A DNA stretch of 64,000 nucleotides, taken from IMG/VR virus record IMGVR_UViG_3300025098_005131; one strand, 5' to 3'. Of this stretch, positions 39,901 through 49,020 are shown in pieces; the first letter of the stretch is position 1, and each line of letters begins with the position of its first letter. A model generated the notes under the pieces. The model saw only the letters and a list, made by a program, of their open reading frames with translations, was not told where the DNA came from and did not search any database. The position numbers were made by a program, and so were the translations under genes. The stretch comes from a virus. Taxonomy: Duplodnaviria > Caudoviricetes.

Positions 39901-40214
39901 AAACTACCGTTGCCTACGCCTAACACTCGAGTATAACTAAGCTGACTACCGTTATTTTCTAGCCAGACTTTTGAAGAAATTGGGCTTGCATGTTGTTTTT
40001 GAAAATTAAAGTCACCAAAGATATTTTCCCAAGTGTTGAGTATACTAGAATCTTGCGCAAAAGAGACGACTTGTTGTGGAACAAAAGCAGGGCCTCTCAT
40101 TGCTGTGCCGACAAGACTTAGCGTTTCGTCAGTTAAAGAAATAGTTTCTTCTTCTAGAAATATTCTTTGCGTAACTATGTCGCCTGTAATTTGTGCATTA
40201 TTTCTGTTTGACAT
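36987..40214 (-). CDS. Tail sheath paralogue 3 (divergent)
   Basis: GTAMRGPAFVP, YTRVLGVG, PWVVSQP, LNLNPESDDYI, GGFDG, LFCMPGI; the gp18 C-terminus is degenerate. Confidence 0.8.
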   Translation of the reverse strand: MSNRNNAQITGDIVTQRIFLEEETISLTDETLSLVGTAMRGPAFVPQQVVSFAQDSSILNTWENIFGDFNFQKQHASPISSKVWLENNGSQLSYTRVLGVGNGSFEKNQAGEYDHAGFTVGNQIFFDPNEYAVKSSNDLINGLCYFEGKYVSERSFVGPDGHDDQEVVYTSSFENYFDQIGQTDDTIGIITNVIFAAQGIKLDLQKDLLDELDLSQKRQELGTYQSDNPSAIIESDISYPYIYIKGLSDSSKSIIETPLKTDSYKRFSMYEDKLNTSSYFNLNRGHLNYCSFRDIDLFDYPNEKTKKASTASFITFQNSAVQDAINYQSFKDVFRKAKTPWVVSQPVNTIQSSDTSKESIWKECVELFRFHTYSDGEEGNKYRFRITPKRLGNYNNIDPNKLYSKFDVEVFYCLKTQNRYNSIAKYIDLNLNPESDDYICKVIGTEHEYYDFDLGKIVTAGNYKKTNNHIYVEVTNDVEDKVIQTTLMPSGFKNYPIINTNNLRKNTNSTPIIQNPMRFAGNRQILRFEGIKPIFKEDASWGVLFDQTELTKVRDVLVDGENYNFIMELYNDNVTNSFDQASQYSKYFSSYRDEYSVWKEELDQNTQYNFFHLEKILYNAADDINVSKRWDYSFYRRDGKDISQITSLDEKNNFKYVDINKLLYSNDENYSDNHLFLSFDFFSYGGFDGVNILDYYKKDMSGFSVARETNNAADPNAEMQTTEIYRTAYKIATEETDCRVDLFCMPGISSQSLIKEIVDLAETKRSFNYIFDVPEIVTGSKQRDKSYYFLDFNNRPSDLLNFDETVKDDLNDISNINETINNFKLMSINSKYSLALYNYCEAVVSNEFNVEIPPSTVYLKSLSKSQLAQPIATVNYDNTDDTLSVSSTLNMQFKFNCNNFDSLLKQTKSFDCSINPIGLMSQNRFVKPLSSNTLSTNNRSVFRSFHNIRIYHDITRNLRNILFTAPLINGSPMLFSPNTIDSNDNRVDVNLFLSLDEFMLSYVDREIINDYYVNTVKLNSERARQQKFRNEFSGEIGINFKGSQSSDLFNLISTNNLLNFVNNFEEDNNIIIESV

Positions 40215-40224
40215 TCAAGTCTCC

Positions 40225-40266
40225 TGCATAAATAGTTTTTTTTTTGTGCTTATAACTATTTATGCA
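40225..40266 (-). promoter_or_regulatory. 13-bp perfect hairpin abutting the RBS of sheath paralogue 3
   Basis: TGCATAAATAGTT (40225-40237) / AACTATTTATGCA (40254-40266). On the minus strand the stem ends in the A of AGGAG, and its 5' arm contains ATAAATA. Confidence 0.6.
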
Positions 40267-40292
40267 AAAAGTAAGTTGACAGAATCAATTAA

Positions 40293-40781
40293 TTAATATT
40301 GTAGAACGCAGTTATCGAACCTGATGCTTAAAGAAATATCTGTTGGATCGTCACCGTCGTAACTAAGGTCACCGTAAGCAGCACTTGTTAAAAATGCGCC
40401 TTTGATGTCCCAAAGCTCTACAACAGTCCCAACTGGGTCAAGCATCTTAAGCTGAATATCGCGCTTATAAAAGTCTGCATATCCTGCACGACCACTAACT
40501 GATTCGTAGTGTGTTCTAATCCATTCCATTACTTGCTGAGCTCCGCTTGGTGCAATAGGATCATGAATAGTAACAGAAAGTGAATCAAAAGTCATCTTAC
40601 CTGCGATGTATCTTTTCGCATTAATAAAGTTGATTTCAGTTTCGCCTATTTGGAATGTAGGTCTTGCAGCTGATTTAATAAGAAAAGCGTCGATGCCTTC
40701 GATTGCCAAGATCCATCGATTCTTTCTTTTTGGCTCAAACTTATTTGGAATCATTTCCGTGACTGAAAGTGTCTCTGGCAT
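40293..40781 (-). CDS. Tail tube protein (T4 gp19-like)
   Basis: FEPKRKNRW, AARP, YIAGK, QQVMEW, YKRDI, LDPVGTVVELW, SIRFDNC. Confidence 0.92.
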   Translation of the reverse strand: MPETLSVTEMIPNKFEPKRKNRWILAIEGIDAFLIKSAARPTFQIGETEINFINAKRYIAGKMTFDSLSVTIHDPIAPSGAQQVMEWIRTHYESVSGRAGYADFYKRDIQLKMLDPVGTVVELWDIKGAFLTSAAYGDLSYDGDDPTDISLSIRFDNCVLQY

Positions 40782-40807
40782 TTTATTTTCTCCTAATAAT
40801 TCTTATG

Positions 40808-40815
40808 TATTTATA
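40808..40815 (-). promoter_or_regulatory. T4-type late promoter TATAAATA
   Basis: Exact consensus 27 nt upstream of the tail tube ATG. Confidence 0.6.
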
Positions 40816-40817
40816 TA

Positions 40818-43800
40818 TCAATCAATTGAGTTAGTTACAACAAAGTCAAGTGAAATAAACTCTACAGACTTAGTAGGCTGTAAGTATACCTTACCTCTTA
40901 TTGTATTGTTTTCAACATCGTTTTGTGTTGTTGTAGAAGTATCAATTTGTACTTTATATCTATCAACACCCTGTCTTGCTTGAATTTCTGCCATAATTGG
41001 CTCAACAAGCGCACTAAACTTAGCTAGAGTAGATGCTCTATTAGGCTCAAAGAGTAACGTGTTTGCAACTGCTTTAACTCTTCTTCTAACATTGATCAAT
41101 AACCTTCTAACGTTAATTCGATCTAACGCAGATTGATTCTGTAACAATGTCTTTTGTCCAAACGCATAAACTTCGCCAGGACGACCTGATGGTTCGTATA
41201 TTGGATTTATATCTTCATCATAAAGATCATCCAGAACGTCGCGATTCATCTGCACCTTTGAGTTAAGAGCATTAAGCTTTCCTCTACTAAGACCTGCAGG
41301 AGCAAACCAAGGGTCTGCAAGGAAGTCGTTTTGACTCATAACACCTAACATACTTACAGATGGTGGAACCTCAACAGGCGTTCCATTTGAAGGTCTTCTA
41401 ATAATTACATTAGGGAAGTAAGCTGCTGCAAATGACGTATCCAAACTTCTGTTTCTAAATCTATTAATTGTATTCGCTACATTAGGTAATGATTCATCAG
41501 TTGTAGGCAAAGTATTACCCTCAGCTACTTCTTCAATGTCAACCAACAACATCGCGTCAAATCTGCTTTCGCAAGCTGTAATTGCGTAATCTGTAATTAA
41601 AGGCTCACGCATTCCTGGAACTGCCAAAAGCTGGAACTCAGTTGCACTCTTGTCACTTAATACGTCAATTGCTTTCTTATATGAATCCACTGTTACACCG
41701 GTAAATTTGGCATTATCAGTTTCATCATTAGCTTCTCTAAATGCTGCTACTGAACTCATCTTAGATTTTTCTTCATTAAAGATATCTAATCCATCAAATC
41801 CGCCTTGCATCATAAATCTAAACTTAAGATATCTAGAGTTTTTACCTACAGCATGTGTTCCAACATTTAATTGAGTTGTTAAAGAACCTGCTTCACCATC
41901 ACGTCGATACTCAGCAGTTGACCAGTCAAGCTCTCCATCAGAATCTAAATTTAGATAGATGTTATTTAAGCTAAACTTACTGTTTTGATGAGTATCTGCT
42001 GTAGAGTCTGATACTAAATTTGGCAAGAATTTTGTCCAAGATGGCATACTAGTATTTGTTCTTATTTCAGTTAACTCGTTAGGCTCGTCGTCGCGCTTAG
42101 TCTTTTTAGCAAACTTAACACCCCAAGAAAGCTTTGCATCAGCAACTTTAGAAGAACCTGATTTCTTAGCTATTGATTTAACATAAGGAACCGGTAAAAC
42201 TTGATGTCTATCATAAGAAGCATCTGACACGACCTTGCCTGCGCCATCTCCATCTGTTCCACTTTCTACTATTGCAAGTGGTGCATAGCTAAGTCCTCTA
42301 AATCCGCAGGGCATTGTTACAAATGTAATGTCTCCAGCATCAACAGACGGATCCATCTCAACTCTAATATAATCATTAGTTACATCGTAAGTTCCTTCTT
42401 CAACAAGTCTTTGTCGGGATTCTGCTGCATCAAAGTTATAATAAATGTGTTTATCACCTATTACTCTAGCAATATAATTTCTGCTATCAGGGTCTAAAGT
42501 AAGGTTTCTCCAAGATGCAATTACTTCGCCTGAAATAGGATCGCTGTCAAATCTCTCTAGTGCTAATGTAAATGTCGCATAATCACTTGCAGAGTTGCCA
42601 AGCTTTAAGTCAGATATTTGAACTCTAAATCTACTATTTGCTACTTCACCATCGTCAAGTGCATATACCTTAAATAAATCCTGATCAGTTTGCGAAATAA
42701 CCCAAGGTGACTGTGCAGTCTTAAATGATTCTCTAAAAGTTCTATAGTTTTCACTAGCCTTACTACAGAAAGCGTAATTAACATCTATTGCAGCTCCACT
42801 TGGTGCTGTAACACCATCATTACTTGGAACGGCACAAGCTTTGTCAATATCCCAATTTAGATATAGATAATGGCCTAACTTTTCAATCTTTGTAGGATCT
42901 GTGTTTAAAACCTTTGCAAAGTAATTTGGGCTCTCTGGATCAAAAGAACAAGACAAAGTATTTAATTCAGATGAATTGTTAAAACCATTTAACAATAAAC
43001 TAAATGCTTGAGTATCATCTGCTATTTCTCCTAGCTCATAACCAATTAACTTTGTATCGTCTCCTACGTCTGGAGAAGCAAAGTTTTTAAGCGCACCGCT
43101 ACTTGTAACCGCAACATTAAGGCGAGAATCAGTATCTGCTTGATTAAATGTCGTGTTTGCTAAAGCAGGAACAACGCCTTGTGGCACCATCAAGACACCT
43201 CTAACTAAAGGAGCTGCTGCACCGCCACCGCCTACAAAGTTTTCTTGCTTTTTACCAAAGTTACCAACTACAACTTCACCTTCACTATTAGAAATAGTCA
43301 CTGTGCTTGTCGCAGATAACTTATTCTTTAACTTAGCTCTTACTCCTTTTTCAGTTGAGGCTTGTTGTAAAGAAATGGTGCCGCTATCTGATACTATGTC
43401 TAGCGGTGTGACATTATCACTTTCAAACAATACCAAGTTATCTTTTAAGTTTTGAACTGATGTGGAAATTAAACAATTTTTAAGATTATAAAGCGTCTCT
43501 AATATATCAGAGCCAATCTTACAGTTTGTAACTCTTAATCCATTGTTATCACTAAACTGTGTAATTTCCGCATTGACGCCAGCGTCAGTAGCAAAATCTG
43601 CAACTTCTGATCCATACTCACCTGTCAAGTCTTGCTCGAATATAACTTTATCAAGGTCATTGCCGGGGTCAGCAATAGCAGTTATTTTTAATGGATTAGA
43701 TAAATCATTAAATCCTGCAATTAGTCGTGTAGCTCGATTAGCATCTGAATCATTAGCAACATCAAAACCAATAGTCAAAGTTGATGAAGGTACATCAAAA

Positions 43801-45824
43801 GATACATTTGCATCAGCTATGCCGAAAGCAACGTTAATAGTTGTACCTTCTAGATCTGTAAGTGCTGTTATGTTTTTGCCATCAACACTAACGTTACCTT
43901 TAAACTTAAAGCTTGCTGTTGCCTTAGTACTGTCTGTAGTATTTACCGAAGCATTTGTCACAGCACTACTTGTAGTAAACTTGATTTTTTCTTTATCTAT
44001 TTGATCAGTCTCTGCATTATTAACTGTTTGAAGTTCTAAGACATCATTGTTATTAGGTTGACCTGATAGTGATAAATCAAATGATACAGGATCAGCGTCT
44101 CTACCATTTTTCATAAACTTTACTTTGTCTTCTTCACCTTGTGTAGATACTAAATTAAAATCTTCAGTAGTTTGCTGTGTTCCATTCGTTAAGTTAGTAT
44201 CGGCATCTGATGCACATTCTATAATAAGACTATTTTCACCAACAGCACCTTTAAGCACAATATTTCCAGTGTTGTTTGTCCTTTTAATGCCTGCGTTGCC
44301 TTTATAGACACTTACAATTCTTAAACTTAATCCATTAGGAGAAATCGTAGTTTCAAATAATCCTCTATGCACTAAAGTATGATCATCTATTGATGTTCTA
44401 TCGATAGCAGACTTAAGATTTAATAATGTTTCTTTTATAGTTCCACCGCTGTATATTGTAACAGCATTTGCACTTGTAACTTCATATCGATTTGCAACAT
44501 CGTCAGCACCTGCAACGTCTGCAGCAATTGCTGTATCATCAAATTCATAAGTTACATGATTCCCGTCAATTGTAAAAGTTCCATCACCTTCATTTTTTAA
44601 CCCAAAAAACTTTATCGAAGTATCATCTTTTGGTTTGCTCACACCATCTCTAGAACTAATTGTAAACTCAGCAGCAACAGCGTTATCTAAGCCCCAGAAA
44701 AAGTCTCTTTCAGAAGAAGCTATTCCATCTTGAACTGTTATGTCTGATTCTGAGCCTCCTGAAGTTGAATTTGTTATGTTATAATCAACTGTAAAACTAT
44801 TAGAAGAAGGAAACTGTGTTGAGTGGATTGATCGTATCTCTAAAGAAGCTTGATCTAAGTCTTCTACAAGCTTAACAGTTGTGAGTGCATTGAAGCCTTG
44901 GTTGGCAGTGCTTGTAAGAACAAACTCGCCACCCACAGCGGCTTCTGCTGCGCCTAAAGTGCTGATGTTTGCAAAAAAGCCAATGTCGCCTGCATTAATA
45001 TTTACAATTTTATATGTAGCGCCAACAAAAATGCCTGCGATATCACCGCCACCATCATTTAAAGGAATTGCGTCTGCTTTTGCTATCTCTCCATCGCTAA
45101 ATCTTGTTGGAATAAAAGTTGCTGTAAGGTCGGTAAGTGCATCAATTTTTTGACTTAAGTTACGTACACTTTCAACAGATTTTGTTCCTTTTGTTGACTG
45201 GCTAGCGTTTCCAGCAGAAGCAACAAATGTTATTGTTGATTCAACGTCAACACCTACATCATCTTTATGTTTAATTTTAAACGTATCGTCAATAGTAGGA
45301 AGTGCACCGTTTTTAAGTGAATATGTCAAAACACCAGATGTCGATTCTGTTGTGACGCCTGAATCTTTTAAGTATGTGCTTTCGTTTGTATCTTTCATGA
45401 AGCAGCCTAGGAAATATGTGTCTCCATCAATTAAGCCTTCTCCGGATTCTTTAGCGGCATGTGGATTATCTTGTAGTTTATCGTCACCATCATATGATAC
45501 TTGATTACCTACAACAAAACCTGCGTCATCACCTACACCTAAAACTCTGAGATAAGTACCTGCTTGTGCTTGGCGCATCCATTCGTTAAGTGCTAGAGGT
45601 CCAAACTTATTTGAGTTGCTATCTTTGTGAACTTCTTGCATTGAGCCAAAACATTTATTAAATTGTTCCATTGTCGCAAATGTTTTAGGCACAAAAGCCG
45701 GTCCACGACGTGAAGGCCCAACAACAGCTGCAGGAACGCCAACAGGTAGTTGTTCTAAGCTACTTACGTCTGATCTATCTATTTCATTAAGTGTAACTCT
45801 TGCTGAGCCTTGTCTATTAGACAT
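40818..45824 (-). CDS. Tail sheath paralogue 2 with a ~700-aa insertion
   Basis: GPSRRGPAFVP at the N-terminus; canonical gp18 C-terminus INPIY...FGQKTL...ALDRINVRRLL...PTKSVEFISLDF. Confidence 0.92.
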   Translation of the reverse strand: MSNRQGSARVTLNEIDRSDVSSLEQLPVGVPAAVVGPSRRGPAFVPKTFATMEQFNKCFGSMQEVHKDSNSNKFGPLALNEWMRQAQAGTYLRVLGVGDDAGFVVGNQVSYDGDDKLQDNPHAAKESGEGLIDGDTYFLGCFMKDTNESTYLKDSGVTTESTSGVLTYSLKNGALPTIDDTFKIKHKDDVGVDVESTITFVASAGNASQSTKGTKSVESVRNLSQKIDALTDLTATFIPTRFSDGEIAKADAIPLNDGGGDIAGIFVGATYKIVNINAGDIGFFANISTLGAAEAAVGGEFVLTSTANQGFNALTTVKLVEDLDQASLEIRSIHSTQFPSSNSFTVDYNITNSTSGGSESDITVQDGIASSERDFFWGLDNAVAAEFTISSRDGVSKPKDDTSIKFFGLKNEGDGTFTIDGNHVTYEFDDTAIAADVAGADDVANRYEVTSANAVTIYSGGTIKETLLNLKSAIDRTSIDDHTLVHRGLFETTISPNGLSLRIVSVYKGNAGIKRTNNTGNIVLKGAVGENSLIIECASDADTNLTNGTQQTTEDFNLVSTQGEEDKVKFMKNGRDADPVSFDLSLSGQPNNNDVLELQTVNNAETDQIDKEKIKFTTSSAVTNASVNTTDSTKATASFKFKGNVSVDGKNITALTDLEGTTINVAFGIADANVSFDVPSSTLTIGFDVANDSDANRATRLIAGFNDLSNPLKITAIADPGNDLDKVIFEQDLTGEYGSEVADFATDAGVNAEITQFSDNNGLRVTNCKIGSDILETLYNLKNCLISTSVQNLKDNLVLFESDNVTPLDIVSDSGTISLQQASTEKGVRAKLKNKLSATSTVTISNSEGEVVVGNFGKKQENFVGGGGAAAPLVRGVLMVPQGVVPALANTTFNQADTDSRLNVAVTSSGALKNFASPDVGDDTKLIGYELGEIADDTQAFSLLLNGFNNSSELNTLSCSFDPESPNYFAKVLNTDPTKIEKLGHYLYLNWDIDKACAVPSNDGVTAPSGAAIDVNYAFCSKASENYRTFRESFKTAQSPWVISQTDQDLFKVYALDDGEVANSRFRVQISDLKLGNSASDYATFTLALERFDSDPISGEVIASWRNLTLDPDSRNYIARVIGDKHIYYNFDAAESRQRLVEEGTYDVTNDYIRVEMDPSVDAGDITFVTMPCGFRGLSYAPLAIVESGTDGDGAGKVVSDASYDRHQVLPVPYVKSIAKKSGSSKVADAKLSWGVKFAKKTKRDDEPNELTEIRTNTSMPSWTKFLPNLVSDSTADTHQNSKFSLNNIYLNLDSDGELDWSTAEYRRDGEAGSLTTQLNVGTHAVGKNSRYLKFRFMMQGGFDGLDIFNEEKSKMSSVAAFREANDETDNAKFTGVTVDSYKKAIDVLSDKSATEFQLLAVPGMREPLITDYAITACESRFDAMLLVDIEEVAEGNTLPTTDESLPNVANTINRFRNRSLDTSFAAAYFPNVIIRRPSNGTPVEVPPSVSMLGVMSQNDFLADPWFAPAGLSRGKLNALNSKVQMNRDVLDDLYDEDINPIYEPSGRPGEVYAFGQKTLLQNQSALDRINVRRLLINVRRRVKAVANTLLFEPNRASTLAKFSALVEPIMAEIQARQGVDRYKVQIDTSTTTQNDVENNTIRGKVYLQPTKSVEFISLDFVVTNSID

Positions 45825-45863
45825 ATTGTTAGTCTCCTATTTTTAAATCTATAAAACTATATA

Positions 45864-48800
45864 TTACGGAAATTCAACACCTGAGTTAGTAATTACAAAA
45901 TCAATTGCAATAAATTCAATAGCTCTTGTAGGCACAATAACAATTTGTCCGTTAAGTCTATTATTATCTACGTCCTGTGCTGTATTGTTTGTATCGTCCA
46001 TAATAACTCTAAAGTCTTCGATACCTTGATTAATCTGAATATTTGCAAGTTGACTGCTAGCAGAAGAAATAAATCTATTTCTAGTCTTTGAGTTGTTTTG
46101 CTCAAATAGTAAACCTTGCGCAATTAACTCTATTCTTCTCTTAATCTCTAAAACAAGTCTTCTTACGTTAACTCTATCAAGTGCAGTTCTCTTTAGCTGT
46201 GTTGTCTTCTGTCCAAATATAACAAATTGTTTATTTGGGAAGTTTGCAATTGGATTAATTCTAGACTCATACAATGTATCTCTATCTTCAGCGTTAAGTC
46301 TAACTGAAATTGAAGAAATAGATTCTAATGCACCTCTTGAAAATCCTGCTGGAGCAAACCAAGGCTGCGAAATGGAATCAGTCAAAGCTAATGCACCAAG
46401 TGCAACAATCGATGAAGGCACCAACACAGATCTTCTAGAATTAACAGCAGCTTCGTCAGAGTCACCGCTATCCAAAACTTTTACGTCCGGAAAGTAAGAT
46501 GCTACATAAGATGAATCCACTTCACGAGTATCAAAATCACCAGCTGTAAGCACAACGTCAGGCTTTGAACTCTCAGTGCCTCTTGCATCAACAAAAACTC
46601 TTTTACTATCTTTGTCATACTGCTCTAAGTCCATTAAGTAAATTGCTTTACCATACTCTTCTTCAATTCTATCCTTAACGAGATCTGTTACAAATCTATC
46701 GCGAATATTTGGTATAGCCAAGACATTATGATTAACAACGAGATCATCTGTCATTATTCTGATCGCGTTTTTATAAGAAGCAATAACATTGTTTAGGTCT
46801 TCACTACCTTGCATAACAGAACCAACGTCAGCCTTTAAAGTTCCATGTATTCCACTTTCAAATCCTTCAATAGCGCCTTTACCTTTTGGTGTGGTTGAGG
46901 TATGAACTGAAGCTGCTCTGTCTGTCATAAAGTAAGAGTCTCTATCAAAGATGTTTAACCCATCAAAACCACCACCCATCGGTGCAGTAAACTTTGCCAT
47001 AACTGAATATTTGTTAAACTTTAAAGTGTCTTCTGCTAAAAGCTTTGCTAAAGAAACTCTGTCAGCTGCATCAATATCGTCATTAGTTCCACCCATTTTA
47101 ATTAAATGTGCTGAAGCGTCATAAACGTCAGAATTAGAAACTTCTGCATTTCTTACGTAAACTGCGCTTTTAAAAACATCGTTTGTTGTCCCAGTTACTC
47201 CGTTAACAGTAGCACCTTTAAGAGCAACCTTTGCCAAAGAAAACTTATTGTTATTATGACTGTCTGATAGTGAGCCAGAAGTAATCACTGTTTGATCTAC
47301 ACCAAAAAACTTTGTATAGTTTGAAAGAAGCTCGTTAAACTCTGTGCTTTTATTTGCATTATTAATGTCTAAAACGCGTGTAGACATAAGACCCCAGTGT
47401 AGAGCAAAGTTAACACTTTCAGACGGAGATGCATCACCTAAGAAAGTTTGTTCGTAAGATTGATTTGTTCTAATGTCACCGTTTGTTACTTTAAATCTAT
47501 AAGGCAGAGGAGGCAAAATAGAATCTAAAAGTTCGTTAACTTTAGCATCACCGGCGCCCGAGTCTACTGCAAAAAGACTGTAATTGGTGTCTGAGTCTTT
47601 TGCTGTCGCATTAAAGTGCAAAGCGTCAATGCCTCTAAACCCAAAAGGAAGTGTTTTTGCTGGAACTTCGCCTTGCATAATTGCATCGCTAACAACAACT
47701 CTTACTTTCTGTGAATTGTTCTTAAACGTACCTTCTCTTACAAGTCTTCTTTCGTTTTCGCTTGCAGCATCAAAGTTAAAGTATACCTTTTGATCACCAA
47801 TTACTCTGCTTATAAAGTTGCTAGAATTAGGATCTAAAGAACACTGGTTGAATGTTTCGTAAATAATAGGTGATTCATCTGTATCTTTTAAATCTCTAAC
47901 TGTAACTGTAAACGTTCCATACTCATCAGTTGGATCTGTGCTTGCTCTTAAGTTAGATATAGATATTTTATATTTGTCGTTTGCGTAAGCACCGTCGTCC
48001 AAAGAATCGAAATGAAACAAGTCATATTCACGTGAACCAAAAGGTTGCGAAATAAACATTGGTGAAGTTGCTGATTTAAATCTTGACTCAAAGTTTTCAA
48101 AAGCGCCTGCAAAGCCATCTGTTTTTTCTTGTAAAAGAGAATATGGCGAGTTTGCAGCAGGTTCTGCAACTTCTGAATCAATAGGGAAATGTGCGTAGAG
48201 AAAATGCTTTTTACTTTCTAAAGCAAAAGGATCTGTATTAAGAACCTTTGATATATACTTGTCGCTACCTGGATCTAAAGAAAAAACGTAGTCTAAACTA
48301 TCTCCCGCTTGGCCTGCATCATCTTTAAATCTAATGTAAAAAAGTTTATTTTGATTGACATGATAGCTGTTTATTTGCTCGGTAAAAGATCCGCTAGCTT
48401 CTTGCAAAGGAATGATAGAGTAGTCTTTGTGAGTAATAATCATTGCTCTAACTATATTGACAAGATTATCGTTACCATTTGGAGCATTTGGGCCACCATC
48501 ATCGTCCATATTTGTAGTAAAAGAGTCGTTATCGTTTATAGATCCTAAACCAAGCCATTCTCCAGCGCTAACCGTGTGTGTAGATGCAAGAAAATAAGAA
48601 GCACCAATTAGCCTTCCGGCTGTACCGCCACCAACAGCATCAGTTCTCGGTGTAAATTTAAATCCAGCGTTTTCTTGGCTTTTGAGTCCGCTGCCTAAAA
48701 CTCTGCAGAAAGTTAGTGCAGAGTTAGTTGTGCTATTTCTAAAATATTCTGCTGCTGCATGACCGCCGAGTCTATTTGGGTCAGGTTCACCAAAAATTCT

Positions 48801-48965
48801 AATATATTCTTCTCTAGATGTAACTGTAGTGGGTACGAATGCAGGACCTCTTTTTGACGTTGATATAACTCCAACAGGCGTCGCTTTTGTTCTGCTTATT
48901 GGTCTGCTTATTATCTCAATTTCTCGTTCAAAAAAGCCTGGAGACTTAAATGTCTGCTCTGCCAT
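45864..48965 (-). CDS. Tail sheath paralogue 1 (T4 gp18-like)
   Basis: MAEQTFKSPGFFEREI, PWFAPAGFSRG, RINPIA, FGQKT, ALDRVNVRRL, PTRAIEFIAIDF. Confidence 0.94.
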   Translation of the reverse strand: MAEQTFKSPGFFEREIEIISRPISRTKATPVGVISTSKRGPAFVPTTVTSREEYIRIFGEPDPNRLGGHAAAEYFRNSTTNSALTFCRVLGSGLKSQENAGFKFTPRTDAVGGGTAGRLIGASYFLASTHTVSAGEWLGLGSINDNDSFTTNMDDDGGPNAPNGNDNLVNIVRAMIITHKDYSIIPLQEASGSFTEQINSYHVNQNKLFYIRFKDDAGQAGDSLDYVFSLDPGSDKYISKVLNTDPFALESKKHFLYAHFPIDSEVAEPAANSPYSLLQEKTDGFAGAFENFESRFKSATSPMFISQPFGSREYDLFHFDSLDDGAYANDKYKISISNLRASTDPTDEYGTFTVTVRDLKDTDESPIIYETFNQCSLDPNSSNFISRVIGDQKVYFNFDAASENERRLVREGTFKNNSQKVRVVVSDAIMQGEVPAKTLPFGFRGIDALHFNATAKDSDTNYSLFAVDSGAGDAKVNELLDSILPPLPYRFKVTNGDIRTNQSYEQTFLGDASPSESVNFALHWGLMSTRVLDINNANKSTEFNELLSNYTKFFGVDQTVITSGSLSDSHNNNKFSLAKVALKGATVNGVTGTTNDVFKSAVYVRNAEVSNSDVYDASAHLIKMGGTNDDIDAADRVSLAKLLAEDTLKFNKYSVMAKFTAPMGGGFDGLNIFDRDSYFMTDRAASVHTSTTPKGKGAIEGFESGIHGTLKADVGSVMQGSEDLNNVIASYKNAIRIMTDDLVVNHNVLAIPNIRDRFVTDLVKDRIEEEYGKAIYLMDLEQYDKDSKRVFVDARGTESSKPDVVLTAGDFDTREVDSSYVASYFPDVKVLDSGDSDEAAVNSRRSVLVPSSIVALGALALTDSISQPWFAPAGFSRGALESISSISVRLNAEDRDTLYESRINPIANFPNKQFVIFGQKTTQLKRTALDRVNVRRLVLEIKRRIELIAQGLLFEQNNSKTRNRFISSASSQLANIQINQGIEDFRVIMDDTNNTAQDVDNNRLNGQIVIVPTRAIEFIAIDFVITNSGVEFP

Positions 48966-49020
48966 GCTATTTCTCCTATTTAGTATTATTATTTGACATT
49001 ATAAATATACATCAATTTTA

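Noticed and set aside
41650-48548. Several ORFs within the sheath genes (e.g. 43543-44004)
   Set aside because: Antisense or alternative-frame shadows of well-supported genes.
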